Part shown: one piece after another, positions 25,287-33,844 of the stretch
Numbering within the stretch: position 1 is the stretch's first letter
How the letters are laid out: every line of letters begins with the position of its first letter
NCBI GenBank assembly: GCA_030833725.1
Contig: JAURGP010000002.1
Location: forward strand, 6,773 to 70,772
Source of the DNA: Candidatus Kapaibacterium sp.
Lineage (GTDB): Bacteria; Bacteroidota; Ignavibacteria; Kapaibacteriales; Kapaibacteriaceae
Direction: 5' to 3'
DNA length: 64,000 nucleotides
Position numbers and translations under genes: made by a program
The notes under the pieces: model-generated
What the model was told of the DNA's origin: nothing
The model's database searches: none
Seen by the model: the letters and a program-made list of their open reading frames with translations, nothing else

Positions 25287-26546
25287 ATGCGCACCATCAT
25301 CACCACCCCCCTCCCCGTCCTCCTGACCTACCTCCTCATTGCCACGGCATCAGTGACCACCGGCACCACCACGGTCCACGCCCAGCAATACTTTCCGCCG
25401 GTGGACTCCGACAGCTGGGAAGAAGTTTCCCTCCAGGAACTCGGCTGGTGTCAGGACCATCTCGACACGCTCCTGAAACACGTTGAGAGCACCAACAGCA
25501 AGGCCTTCATCGTCCTCAAGGACGGACGCATCGCCATCGAGTGGTACGCCGATGGCTTCACCCACACCGACAACTGGTACTGGGCTTCAGCCGGAAAGAC
25601 CGTTACCGCCACATTGGTAGGCATTCTGCAGAGCAGGGGCCTCATCGACATCACACAACCCACATCGCGCTACATCGGTCAGGGGTGGTCGTCCCTCATA
25701 CCCGACCAGGAGCTTGCCATTACCGTGTGGCATCAGCTCACGATGACCTCCGGCCTCGATGACGGCGTTGCCGACCCCTACTGCACGGACGATACCTGCT
25801 TGGTGTACAAGGCCGATCCCGGCACGCGCTGGGCCTACCACAACGCGCCGTACACCCTCCTTGATCAGGTAGTGCAAGGGGCTAGCCAGTCCACCTTGAA
25901 TCAGGTGTATCGATCACAACTCGCCCAGCGCATTGGCATGAACGGTGGCTTTCTCCCGCAGGGCTACAACAACGTGCTGTTCTCCACCCCTCGCTCGATG
26001 GCGCGCTTCGGGTTGCTGGCTCTGAACAACTTCGTCTGGGATTCGGATTCGATCCTTGCCGACCCGACGTATGCGCGCACTATGGTGACCCGCTCGCAGG
26101 AGCTGAATCAGTCGTACGGCTATCTGTGGTGGCTGAATGGTCAGCCTACGCATATGGTGCCCATCCTGCGGCGCGTCTTCCAAGGTCCCCTCACACCAAA
26201 CGCCCCACCTGACGTGTACTACGCTCTAGGTAAAAACGACCAGATCATCAGCGTCTGCCCGAGTGAGCGCCTCGTCTTCATTCGCATGGGTGATGCGGCG
26301 TCCAACGAACCTGGCGACGTTGCCATCGGCTCGGCCGACGAGATCTGGAAGCTGCTGCGCAAGGTGATGTGCTCCACAACCAGTGTTTATGGCAGTGTGG
26401 ATGGCAGGGGGCTTCCGGCAGAGGACAACGAGCAGGTGTTCGACGCCTATGATCTGTTAGGACGGTTCGTTGGGACGGTAAACGGTCGTGAGGAAGCGGT
26501 TTGGCTGAGTGGACGAGGTCCGTTGCTGATACGACGCCGGGAGTGA
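25287..26546 (+). CDS. Serine hydrolase (beta-lactamase/class C-like) with short T9SS-like tail
   Basis: SAGK (SxxK), LTMTSGL, YHN, YGYLWW; YDLLGR tail; stop codon lies within repeat copy 11. Confidence 0.87.
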   Translation: MRTIITTPLPVLLTYLLIATASVTTGTTTVHAQQYFPPVDSDSWEEVSLQELGWCQDHLDTLLKHVESTNSKAFIVLKDGRIAIEWYADGFTHTDNWYWASAGKTVTATLVGILQSRGLIDITQPTSRYIGQGWSSLIPDQELAITVWHQLTMTSGLDDGVADPYCTDDTCLVYKADPGTRWAYHNAPYTLLDQVVQGASQSTLNQVYRSQLAQRIGMNGGFLPQGYNNVLFSTPRSMARFGLLALNNFVWDSDSILADPTYARTMVTRSQELNQSYGYLWWLNGQPTHMVPILRRVFQGPLTPNAPPDVYYALGKNDQIISVCPSERLVFIRMGDAASNEPGDVAIGSADEIWKLLRKVMCSTTSVYGSVDGRGLPAEDNEQVFDAYDLLGRFVGTVNGREEAVWLSGRGPLLIRRRE

Positions 26547-26571
26547 CGCCGGGAAAACCTTTTCCCGGCGT
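26531..26571. repeat. Palindromic repeat copy 11 (provides stop codon)
   Basis: ACGACGCCGGGAGTGACGCCGGGAAAACCTTTTCCCGGCGT; TGA at 26544-26546. Confidence 0.95.
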
Positions 26572-26582
26572 GGTGCTCTCCC

Positions 26583-26702
26583 CTACTCCACCGTGCGTAC
26601 GCCGCGGTAGCCTACATTAGCGCGATGGGAGGCAGAAGAAGTGACTGCGAATTCCCGGTCTGACACACGTAAAATCGTTCCAACATTATTCCATGTGCCC
26701 CC
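26583..26702 (-). pseudogene. C-terminal remnant of an FGE-sulfatase/SUMF1-domain protein
   Basis: Manual translation GGTWNNVGTILRVSDRE...ANVGYRGVRTVE* resembles the family's GGSW...LR.S.R...N.GFRCVR ending; no start codon. Confidence 0.55.
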
Positions 26703-26771
26703 GCTCTCAAGCCCAGCCGTGCAGCTGGCAGCAAAAGCTCGAGTCGCAGCAAACAGAAGAGCTAATGCGAC

Positions 26772-28403
26772 TCAGGAATCGGTTCGCGCAGTGGTTCTCC
26801 ACACCCACGCAAGAAACATGACTGCGATGGCTCCAATTGCATTAAGCCAGAGGAAGCTGATCGCATCTGTCATCCAGAGTGTGATGACCAGCGCTTCGGC
26901 AATCAGCGTGGCGTAGAAGACAGCGTTCCCGTTGGCTTTCTTCACGAAAAACGCTGTGAGGAAGATTCCCAGCATGGGCCCGTAGAACAAGCTGCCCAGC
27001 ACGTTTACCGCTTCGATCAGGGACCCCATGCGGGCCGCTGCCATACTCACCGCAATGCTAAAGAGACCCCAGAGCAGTGTATGGGTGGATGGCTTTTGCA
27101 GCAACGGGATCGTTGATGGAAAGTCTACAAAGCTGGCCGTAGCCAGCGAGTGCAGGGCTGCAGAGATACTCCCCCACGAAGCCATCATGATGACGGCAAA
27201 AATCAAACCCACCATACCGGCTGGTAGTGCCGTGCGCACAAAGTGCAGGAACACGTAGTTGGCATCGTTCGACTCTGCGATCCCGTTGGCCTTCACCAGA
27301 TCCTGAAACGAACCCCGAACCGCCTGTACACGCTGTCGCACATCTTGGAAGGACTCCACCGAGGATGTTCCATCGATGACACTCGTAGCAGTGGCATGAA
27401 GTTCGGTGTTCATATCAAGCCATTGCTGTTGCAACTGTGATGTTTGCTCGGGTGAGAGTTTCTCTACGCGCTCTACCACTCTTGGGTTGAAAAACACCGG
27501 TGCCGGTAACAGACTGTAGTACCCAACCAACAGCGCGCCAATGAGCAGAATCCCGAACTGCATGGGAACCTTTACCACGCCATTGAGCAGCATTCCGATG
27601 CGGCTCTCTCGAACACCCTTGCCTGTAATCCAACGTCCAACCTGACTCTGATCGGTACCGAAGTACGACAGCGCCAGAAAGAAGCCCCCTACCAGACCAC
27701 TCCACAGTGTGTACTTGTCGTTAACGTCGAAGGTGGTAACAATCACGTTCATGGTACCACTCAGGCGTGCAAGTTCAAGAGCATCGGACAGTGTGGCGCC
27801 CTGGGGGAGGGTGCTTTGTAGGAAGTACACTGAAGCTGCCATGGACGACATGATGATGAGAAACATCACTGTTTGGGTGTTGGCTACGGCCTTGGCTCCA
27901 CCTCGCCACGTATACACCATCAACAAGCCCCCTACCAGCACATTGGTGAGGTAGATGTTCCAGCCGAGAATCGTGCTTACAATGATGCTGGGTGCATAGA
28001 TGCTGATGCCCGTGCTAAGACCGCGCGAGAGTAGGAACAGTACGCTACTGAGTGTCCGCGTGCGTCGGTCGAATCGCTTCTCGAGATACTCATAGGCGGT
28101 GTACACCTTTTGAGATCGAAAGATGGGGATAAACACCACGCTGATCACCACCATGGCCAATGGCAGTCCGAAGTAGTACTGTACGAAGCGCATGCCGTCG
28201 GTATAGGCCTGGCCGGGTGCCGACAGAAACGTAATGGCGCTGGCCTGTGTAGCCATCACACCCAGCAACACCGACCACCACGGCAAACTCCGGTCTGCGA
28301 GCAAGTAGGCATCATTGGCGCGTTGATTGCGGCCACTGTATACGCCATAGGCAAGAATCGCCACCAACAACAACACAAACACCACACTGTCTAGCCACGT
28401 CAT
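26772..28403 (-). CDS. Sodium:solute symporter (SSS)
   Basis: ATQASAITFLSAPG, AYEYLEKRFD, YFGTDQSQV; multi-TM. Confidence 0.92.
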   Translation of the reverse strand: MTWLDSVVFVLLLVAILAYGVYSGRNQRANDAYLLADRSLPWWSVLLGVMATQASAITFLSAPGQAYTDGMRFVQYYFGLPLAMVVISVVFIPIFRSQKVYTAYEYLEKRFDRRTRTLSSVLFLLSRGLSTGISIYAPSIIVSTILGWNIYLTNVLVGGLLMVYTWRGGAKAVANTQTVMFLIIMSSMAASVYFLQSTLPQGATLSDALELARLSGTMNVIVTTFDVNDKYTLWSGLVGGFFLALSYFGTDQSQVGRWITGKGVRESRIGMLLNGVVKVPMQFGILLIGALLVGYYSLLPAPVFFNPRVVERVEKLSPEQTSQLQQQWLDMNTELHATATSVIDGTSSVESFQDVRQRVQAVRGSFQDLVKANGIAESNDANYVFLHFVRTALPAGMVGLIFAVIMMASWGSISAALHSLATASFVDFPSTIPLLQKPSTHTLLWGLFSIAVSMAAARMGSLIEAVNVLGSLFYGPMLGIFLTAFFVKKANGNAVFYATLIAEALVITLWMTDAISFLWLNAIGAIAVMFLAWVWRTTARTDS

Positions 28404-30814
28404 TTGCCTGCTCCACCGGCGCTCATCATGTTGGCTAGCAGCTTCAGCGCTCCAGGCACACCAGCAGGTACGTTTCGGAACAGCGATAACGCACAGTACA
28501 CGTAGTGCCCCTTTCCGTACGAGGCATACACAAGTGATCCTTCCTGTGCATCCTCTCCAGCATCGTTCATACTCAGTAGACGCTGGTACCGCTCATCATG
28601 ATCGCCGGTGAAGTACAAACCCCGCTCCTGCACCCATCCAGAAAAGTCGTCGGGTTCAATACGATTGGGGGTCGTCATCAGGATGTGGTCGGGATCTCTC
28701 AGCGTTACAGTGGCATTCTCCTCCGTCACCCGGTTACGCGTGATCTTCATCGGAAACGGGCCAATCTCTGTGGTCTTCAGATTACCAGTTGTGTTGTACT
28801 GCATCACCAGCGTACCACCCTGCTCTACATACTGCATCAGTGCCGGCATCACGTAGGTCATGTCCGTGCGCGTGTTCAGGGCGCGGATACCTACCAGCAC
28901 AGCATCGTAGGTGTCAAGCAACTGCTGAGTGTTGAGCAGTTGGTCGGTGGACACCACATCCACCCGCACGCCCATGGTACGCAGGACGTCTGCCGTTGCC
29001 TCGCCAGCCCCTTCCACAAAAGCGATGCGCCGAGCCGTTACACGAAGAGGTTCGGCTACCACCCGCAGACGCGCTGGTTCAAGGTACTGCAGGGTAGGAA
29101 GGTGGTCATACTGCATCACGCGGACGCAATGCTGAAACGTGTGCTGTGCATGAGTAACAAGCACATCCACGTTATCCGACTGCTGTGTTTGAATCGGCAC
29201 CGACAGCAGGGTATCCGTATTGGCCGCCATCGAAAAGGTCACGGTGGTAAGGGGCTCACCACGGCTGCTGCGTACCGAGAGTGTAGCGTTACTGATGTCA
29301 CGGTAGGCTCTCAGGCGAATGCCGATGGTACCCTGACCATTGTTCACAACAACGAGCGTCGTTGTTGGCTCGATGCTCACATCGGGAATCACCCGCAGCT
29401 CCTCGATCACATCGCCCTTGAGTGGGTCGAGATGTTTGTAGCTAAGAGGCACCGTAACCAACAGCAGTGCTCCATCTACATCCAGATGTACCGTACACTG
29501 CAGTTCGGGAGGAGTGGTTGGTTCGCCCAGGAGATCTTCGTTCTCTAACGCAAACAGACCGCCTTCCGGATCCTTCTGCAGCCAGTAGGGATTGGTGGTG
29601 GGCGTGGTTTGCGGTATCTGGATCTGATACGATCGGGTTACCAACTGATCGTTGCCAAGTACAACCACATCTGCGGTTGACACCTGTGGAAGGTCCACCT
29701 TCATCAATCGCACGTTGGGCGCCCGGACCACCACGCGGAGTGTTACGGCAACAGAGTCGCCGGGCAGCACCATCGGAGTGGACACAGACGCGTCCACGGT
29801 TAGACCCATCGCCGAGGTGATCACCGATTCGACCTCTGAGAGTTTCAGCGCTCGCCAGAAGGGATCGTTGATCGTAGCGATCATCGATCGGATGCGTAAC
29901 AACGCTGGCAGATGGTTCTGCGGATCTGTGGTCCAGAAGTTGTCGATCACCACTTGAATTGCTCTACCAATGTCTGGTCGATCAATGCGATTCCACGTGG
30001 TGTCGATTCCGTTGAAGAGGCTGGTTGTAGGGGGCTCTCCGTACCATGTTTCGAAGTACTCTGGCTGTGTTCCTGGTGTGCTTGGTGTACCTGCACCCTG
30101 ACTCTTGTGCAGGCTTCTGCTCCTGCCGGCCAGTTCGCCATATCCCATGCCGATAAGAGGGTCGTACTGACCAACCTGCAGAGCAAACTGGCTCTCCGTG
30201 ATCGTGCTGCGGTCGCCAAATCGATACGCGTTGAAGAGCAGTCGGTGCGGACGAAGATGGCTCGGGCATGAGGCTACAGCTGCCTGTGCAAGAATGGCCG
30301 ACGCCTCATGTTGTCCGTGACCTGCCATACGTGATGCTGGAAAACGGCAGATCATCACATCCGGCCGGAACCTCTCCATGACATGGATGATGTCCCGCAC
30401 GAGTTGGGCAGAGTCCCAATGAGTAAATGTCTCCCGAGCAGTCTTCGAAAAACCGAAGTCCAGTGCTCGGGTAAAGTACTGCTCTGCTCCATCCAATCTC
30501 CGTGCCGCCAGAAGTTCGTGGGTGCGGATCAATCCCAGCGCCGAGCCCAGTTCACCACCGATGATATTCTGGCCACCATCACCCCGCGTAAGCGACAGGT
30601 AGGCTGTACGCACGTGTTTGCCCCGGGCCAGCCAGCTCAGTAGGCGCGTGTTCTCATCGTCGGGGTGGGCGGCTACATACAACACGGACGTCAGTGACTG
30701 CAACCGTTGCAGATCACCATACAGTACCGAGGACATCTGTGGCTGTAGCTGCTGGGCATGCAGCGCAACCCCGATGCACAGCGCTAGTACACCGAAACAA
30801 CAGCGTTTGATCAT
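28400..30814 (-). CDS. PIG-L/LmbE-family deacetylase with glutamine amidotransferase-like C-terminal domain
   Basis: AAHPDDE, TRGDGGQN, DFGFSK, HGQH; C-terminal YVEQGG...WVQERGLY. Confidence 0.9.
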   Translation of the reverse strand: MIKRCCFGVLALCIGVALHAQQLQPQMSSVLYGDLQRLQSLTSVLYVAAHPDDENTRLLSWLARGKHVRTAYLSLTRGDGGQNIIGGELGSALGLIRTHELLAARRLDGAEQYFTRALDFGFSKTARETFTHWDSAQLVRDIIHVMERFRPDVMICRFPASRMAGHGQHEASAILAQAAVASCPSHLRPHRLLFNAYRFGDRSTITESQFALQVGQYDPLIGMGYGELAGRSRSLHKSQGAGTPSTPGTQPEYFETWYGEPPTTSLFNGIDTTWNRIDRPDIGRAIQVVIDNFWTTDPQNHLPALLRIRSMIATINDPFWRALKLSEVESVITSAMGLTVDASVSTPMVLPGDSVAVTLRVVVRAPNVRLMKVDLPQVSTADVVVLGNDQLVTRSYQIQIPQTTPTTNPYWLQKDPEGGLFALENEDLLGEPTTPPELQCTVHLDVDGALLLVTVPLSYKHLDPLKGDVIEELRVIPDVSIEPTTTLVVVNNGQGTIGIRLRAYRDISNATLSVRSSRGEPLTTVTFSMAANTDTLLSVPIQTQQSDNVDVLVTHAQHTFQHCVRVMQYDHLPTLQYLEPARLRVVAEPLRVTARRIAFVEGAGEATADVLRTMGVRVDVVSTDQLLNTQQLLDTYDAVLVGIRALNTRTDMTYVMPALMQYVEQGGTLVMQYNTTGNLKTTEIGPFPMKITRNRVTEENATVTLRDPDHILMTTPNRIEPDDFSGWVQERGLYFTGDHDERYQRLLSMNDAGEDAQEGSLVYASYGKGHYVYCALSLFRNVPAGVPGALKLLANMMSAGGAGK

Positions 30815-30836
30815 GACATGCGGGAGAATGATGGAC

Positions 30837-31676
30837 CTACTTCAACGAATCCAGCAGCGCTTGCGTTGCCGTGTAGTAGCTCTTCTCACCATCGGTACCC
30901 TTCGTGAGTTCACGAACCTTGGCCACAGCTTCACGACACACGGTTGCGTTGTTCACCTTGGCAGCAATCTCTGCTACCAGCATATGCTGCCAATACTGCT
31001 TCGGGTTGGCTGCAGCCGACCGCTGGGCATAGTCGAGGGCTTTGTCCAGATTCTGATTGGTGCTCAGGTAGTACTGTGCTGCCGCACGGTACGGAATGTT
31101 CGGGCGCTCGATGGCTTGTTCGATCTCCTTCATCAGGCGGGCGTTGTTGTCGGCCTTGACAGGAATCGACACATGGGTGCGATCCCATGCAAGGTCGATC
31201 GTGCAGGTGTTGTAGGTGATGTTTCCTACGCCAATGGTAAAGGTTTCCACGGGAGCTGTCAGGGTAGTAGGCTTGATGGTGAATCGAACCACGTCGTCCT
31301 TAGTATCGTAGCCGTTCGAGCCCCAGCTGCCGGTGTTGGTGTTGATGATTACTTCCCATTCCGAGGTTCCTGGAACGGTGTACAGCGAATACGAACCTGG
31401 TTTGATGGACGTACCGGCAATAACAACTTCTTCGCCAAACATGACCTTCGTTGCAGCATTGGCACCCGTACGCCACACCTGATTGTACGGCACGAGGTCT
31501 CCAAAGATGACTCGGCCTTTCATCGATGGACGACTGTACGTGATCTCGATCTTCGACGTTGCGAACTCCTGCATGATGGTGCTGGTAGGGCTCAGGACCG
31601 GAAGTTTCAGCTGGGCTGTAGCAATGGATGTGCTCAGTACAAGAAGTGCAAGCATCAATGAGCGCGTTACTGTCAT
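30837..31676 (-). CDS. DUF2911-domain protein
   Basis: YSRPSMKGRVIFGDLVPYNQVWRTGANAAT. Confidence 0.9.
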   Translation of the reverse strand: MTVTRSLMLALLVLSTSIATAQLKLPVLSPTSTIMQEFATSKIEITYSRPSMKGRVIFGDLVPYNQVWRTGANAATKVMFGEEVVIAGTSIKPGSYSLYTVPGTSEWEVIINTNTGSWGSNGYDTKDDVVRFTIKPTTLTAPVETFTIGVGNITYNTCTIDLAWDRTHVSIPVKADNNARLMKEIEQAIERPNIPYRAAAQYYLSTNQNLDKALDYAQRSAAANPKQYWQHMLVAEIAAKVNNATVCREAVAKVRELTKGTDGEKSYYTATQALLDSLK

Positions 31677-31702
31677 GGGATATCCTGGATGAATGTGGAG
31701 AG

Positions 31703-32917
31703 TTATGAATCGTAGTCGTCGGTTGTGTGAACTTCCTGGAGGGCCTCACGTAGACTGGTTTTATGCCGCTTTGCCAAGGCAAACACCGGAAACAATAGCA
31801 CCGTAACCACGCCCGCTCCAACCAGGGCTGCTGCTGTTTCTGGTAGCATCTGTTGAGTTTCCAATCCGATGTCCGTGATCACCACTACCAGTGGCAGGGC
31901 CGTTGAAGTCATCAGAGCAAATGGAGCCCAGTCTTCCTTCGGTAAATCCTTTCGATACACGGGCAGGAGCGTCAAGCCTCGGATCGAGAACATCAACAGC
32001 ACATACATTGGCACCAGCAGGAGCGTCCACGGCTGTGCTAACAACGCACCGAGATCGAAAAAAATGCCCGTTGTCACAAAAAACGCTGGCACGAGGAAGC
32101 CATAACTGATGGCCTCCAGGCGATGCATCAGGCGCTGGCCATGGTCGCCCTTGCTCATCAGCGCCACGATCAAGCCAGCCGTGAATGATCCAAGTACCAC
32201 GTCCAGACCGAACTCTGCGGCCAATACCACCATGCCAACCAGGATGAGTATCGATACCCGAACCGCGAATTGACTGCTCGACTGCAACCACGTGGAAAGG
32301 AAGCGAAAGATGAAGATTCCACGAACTCGTGTGGCACTATACACCGATGAGACCGCTAGGATCACAAATCCGATCATCAAGATCACCTGCTCCGATACTT
32401 CGAAGTGGCGAGTATGAATGAGGGGAATCGCCACAATCGGACCAAGTTCACCAAGGGCACCGGCGCCGAGAACGTATTTACCAAAGGTTGTGGGTAGTTC
32501 TTTCGCGTCCCTCATGATGGGTATCAGCGCACCAATAGCGGTGGTTGTAAGGGCAACGGCAACAAAGAGCGGGGCCTCAATCACATCGATAGCGTACAAC
32601 CCCCACGACAGCAACAGTGCTACGGCAAAGGACAGCACCCAACTAAACGTTCCCAACCAGAGGAATCGGCCTCCTACGGGATGCTCCTTCAACTCCGCTC
32701 CGGCCATGAAGAAGAGGAACACCATTCCCAGGTAGCCAAAGAACTTGAGTTCGGGAACAGCCGGCACCCAACCCAGGACATGTGGCCCCACGATGATGCC
32801 CAGCAGGATTTCCACCACAACGATCGGTAGGCGGAACCCGATTGGAATTCGGGCTACCAACGGGGACACCGTGGAGATGATTCCGATCACGAAGAGAGCT
32901 GGAACGAGGTTCTCCAT
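31703..32917 (-). CDS. Cation:proton antiporter (CPA2 family)
   Basis: EILLGIIVGP, FLFFMAG.E, VLGSFTAG, FLVPAFFVTTG; multi-TM. Confidence 0.85.
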   Translation of the reverse strand: MENLVPALFVIGIISTVSPLVARIPIGFRLPIVVVEILLGIIVGPHVLGWVPAVPELKFFGYLGMVFLFFMAGAELKEHPVGGRFLWLGTFSWVLSFAVALLLSWGLYAIDVIEAPLFVAVALTTTAIGALIPIMRDAKELPTTFGKYVLGAGALGELGPIVAIPLIHTRHFEVSEQVILMIGFVILAVSSVYSATRVRGIFIFRFLSTWLQSSSQFAVRVSILILVGMVVLAAEFGLDVVLGSFTAGLIVALMSKGDHGQRLMHRLEAISYGFLVPAFFVTTGIFFDLGALLAQPWTLLLVPMYVLLMFSIRGLTLLPVYRKDLPKEDWAPFALMTSTALPLVVVITDIGLETQQMLPETAAALVGAGVVTVLLFPVFALAKRHKTSLREALQEVHTTDDYDS

Positions 32918-32928
32918 AGGCGGCAATC

Positions 32929-32936
32929 TAACTTTG
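32929..32936 (+). promoter_or_regulatory. TAnnTTTG promoter element (TAACTTTG)
   Basis: 4 nt upstream of ATG 32941. Confidence 0.55.
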
Positions 32937-32940
32937 TTGG

Positions 32941-33843
32941 ATGAACATCACTATCATCGGAGCTGGAAGTACCACGGCACGGGCACTCGTGCCGATGCTT
33001 ATTGCCGAAACCGACTGGAACCTCCACCTCATCTCCTCGCAGGAAGCCCCCTACCAGCACGAGCGGATTACCAGTGCAGTAGTGGATGTGATTGATCGAT
33101 CGGCGCTGAAGGCTGCCGTGATGCCGCACAATCCGGATGTGATCATCAATGCTGCGGCCCTTACGAATGTTGATCAGTGCGAGACGGATAAGGGGCTGGC
33201 ACACATGTTCAATGTGAACCTCGTGGAACATGTGGTACGTGTGGCCCGCTCCACCGATGCCTATGTGATTCACCTGTCCACGGACTTCGTGTTTAATGGC
33301 GAGGATGGTCCATACGACGAAGACGCCGTCCCCGATCCGATCAACTACTACGGCCGAACAAAGTTGGCCGGTGAAAACGTGGTGGTAAGTAGTGGGGTGG
33401 ATGCCACGATTTTGCGAACGAACGTGGTGTACGGTCCCCCACCTGCGCGAATGGATTTCGTGCGATGGATCATCCGCGCCATGGACACCGATACCGACAT
33501 CAACGTCGTCACCGACCAGTACTGCAATCCCACGTATGTGGATGATCTGGCTTTGGCCATTCTGCGATGCATCGAGCGACGTGCTACGGGCCTGTACCAC
33601 ATTGGCGGAGCCGACTACCTGAGTCGGTACCAGATCGCAGAGCGGGTGGTGGCGTTCTTCAAGGGACGTCCGTCGCTCGTTGCGCCCACTACCAGTGATT
33701 TGCTCGACCAGGCCGCCAGGCGACCCTTACGAGGAGGGCTGGTGCCTCTCAAAGCCGAAGCGAAGCTTGGGATTCGCTTTCGAGGATTGGAGAGTGGGTT
33801 GGTATCGCTGCGCAGAGCACTGTTTGCTGGACGTCCCCAGTAA
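32941..33843 (+). CDS. dTDP-4-dehydrorhamnose reductase (RmlD/RfbD)-like SDR
   Basis: INAAALTNVDQCE, STDFVF, YGRTK (YxxxK), DQYCNPT. Confidence 0.85.
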   Translation: MNITIIGAGSTTARALVPMLIAETDWNLHLISSQEAPYQHERITSAVVDVIDRSALKAAVMPHNPDVIINAAALTNVDQCETDKGLAHMFNVNLVEHVVRVARSTDAYVIHLSTDFVFNGEDGPYDEDAVPDPINYYGRTKLAGENVVVSSGVDATILRTNVVYGPPPARMDFVRWIIRAMDTDTDINVVTDQYCNPTYVDDLALAILRCIERRATGLYHIGGADYLSRYQIAERVVAFFKGRPSLVAPTTSDLLDQAARRPLRGGLVPLKAEAKLGIRFRGLESGLVSLRRALFAGRPQ

Positions 33844-33844
33844 C

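Noticed and set aside
11475-26571. Palindromic repeats as a CRISPR array
   Set aside because: Copies are 0.3-3 kb apart, separated by whole genes and in both orientations; no constant-length spacers and no cas genes.
11475-26571. Repeats as classical integron attC sites
   Set aside because: No RYYYAAC...GTTRRRY ends, genes lie in mixed orientation, and no integrase is in the window.
11475-26571. Repeats as simple intrinsic terminators
   Set aside because: No U-tract after the stem; copies also lie between divergent genes, inside CDSs and behind a real terminator. A secondary role in RNA stability is not excluded.
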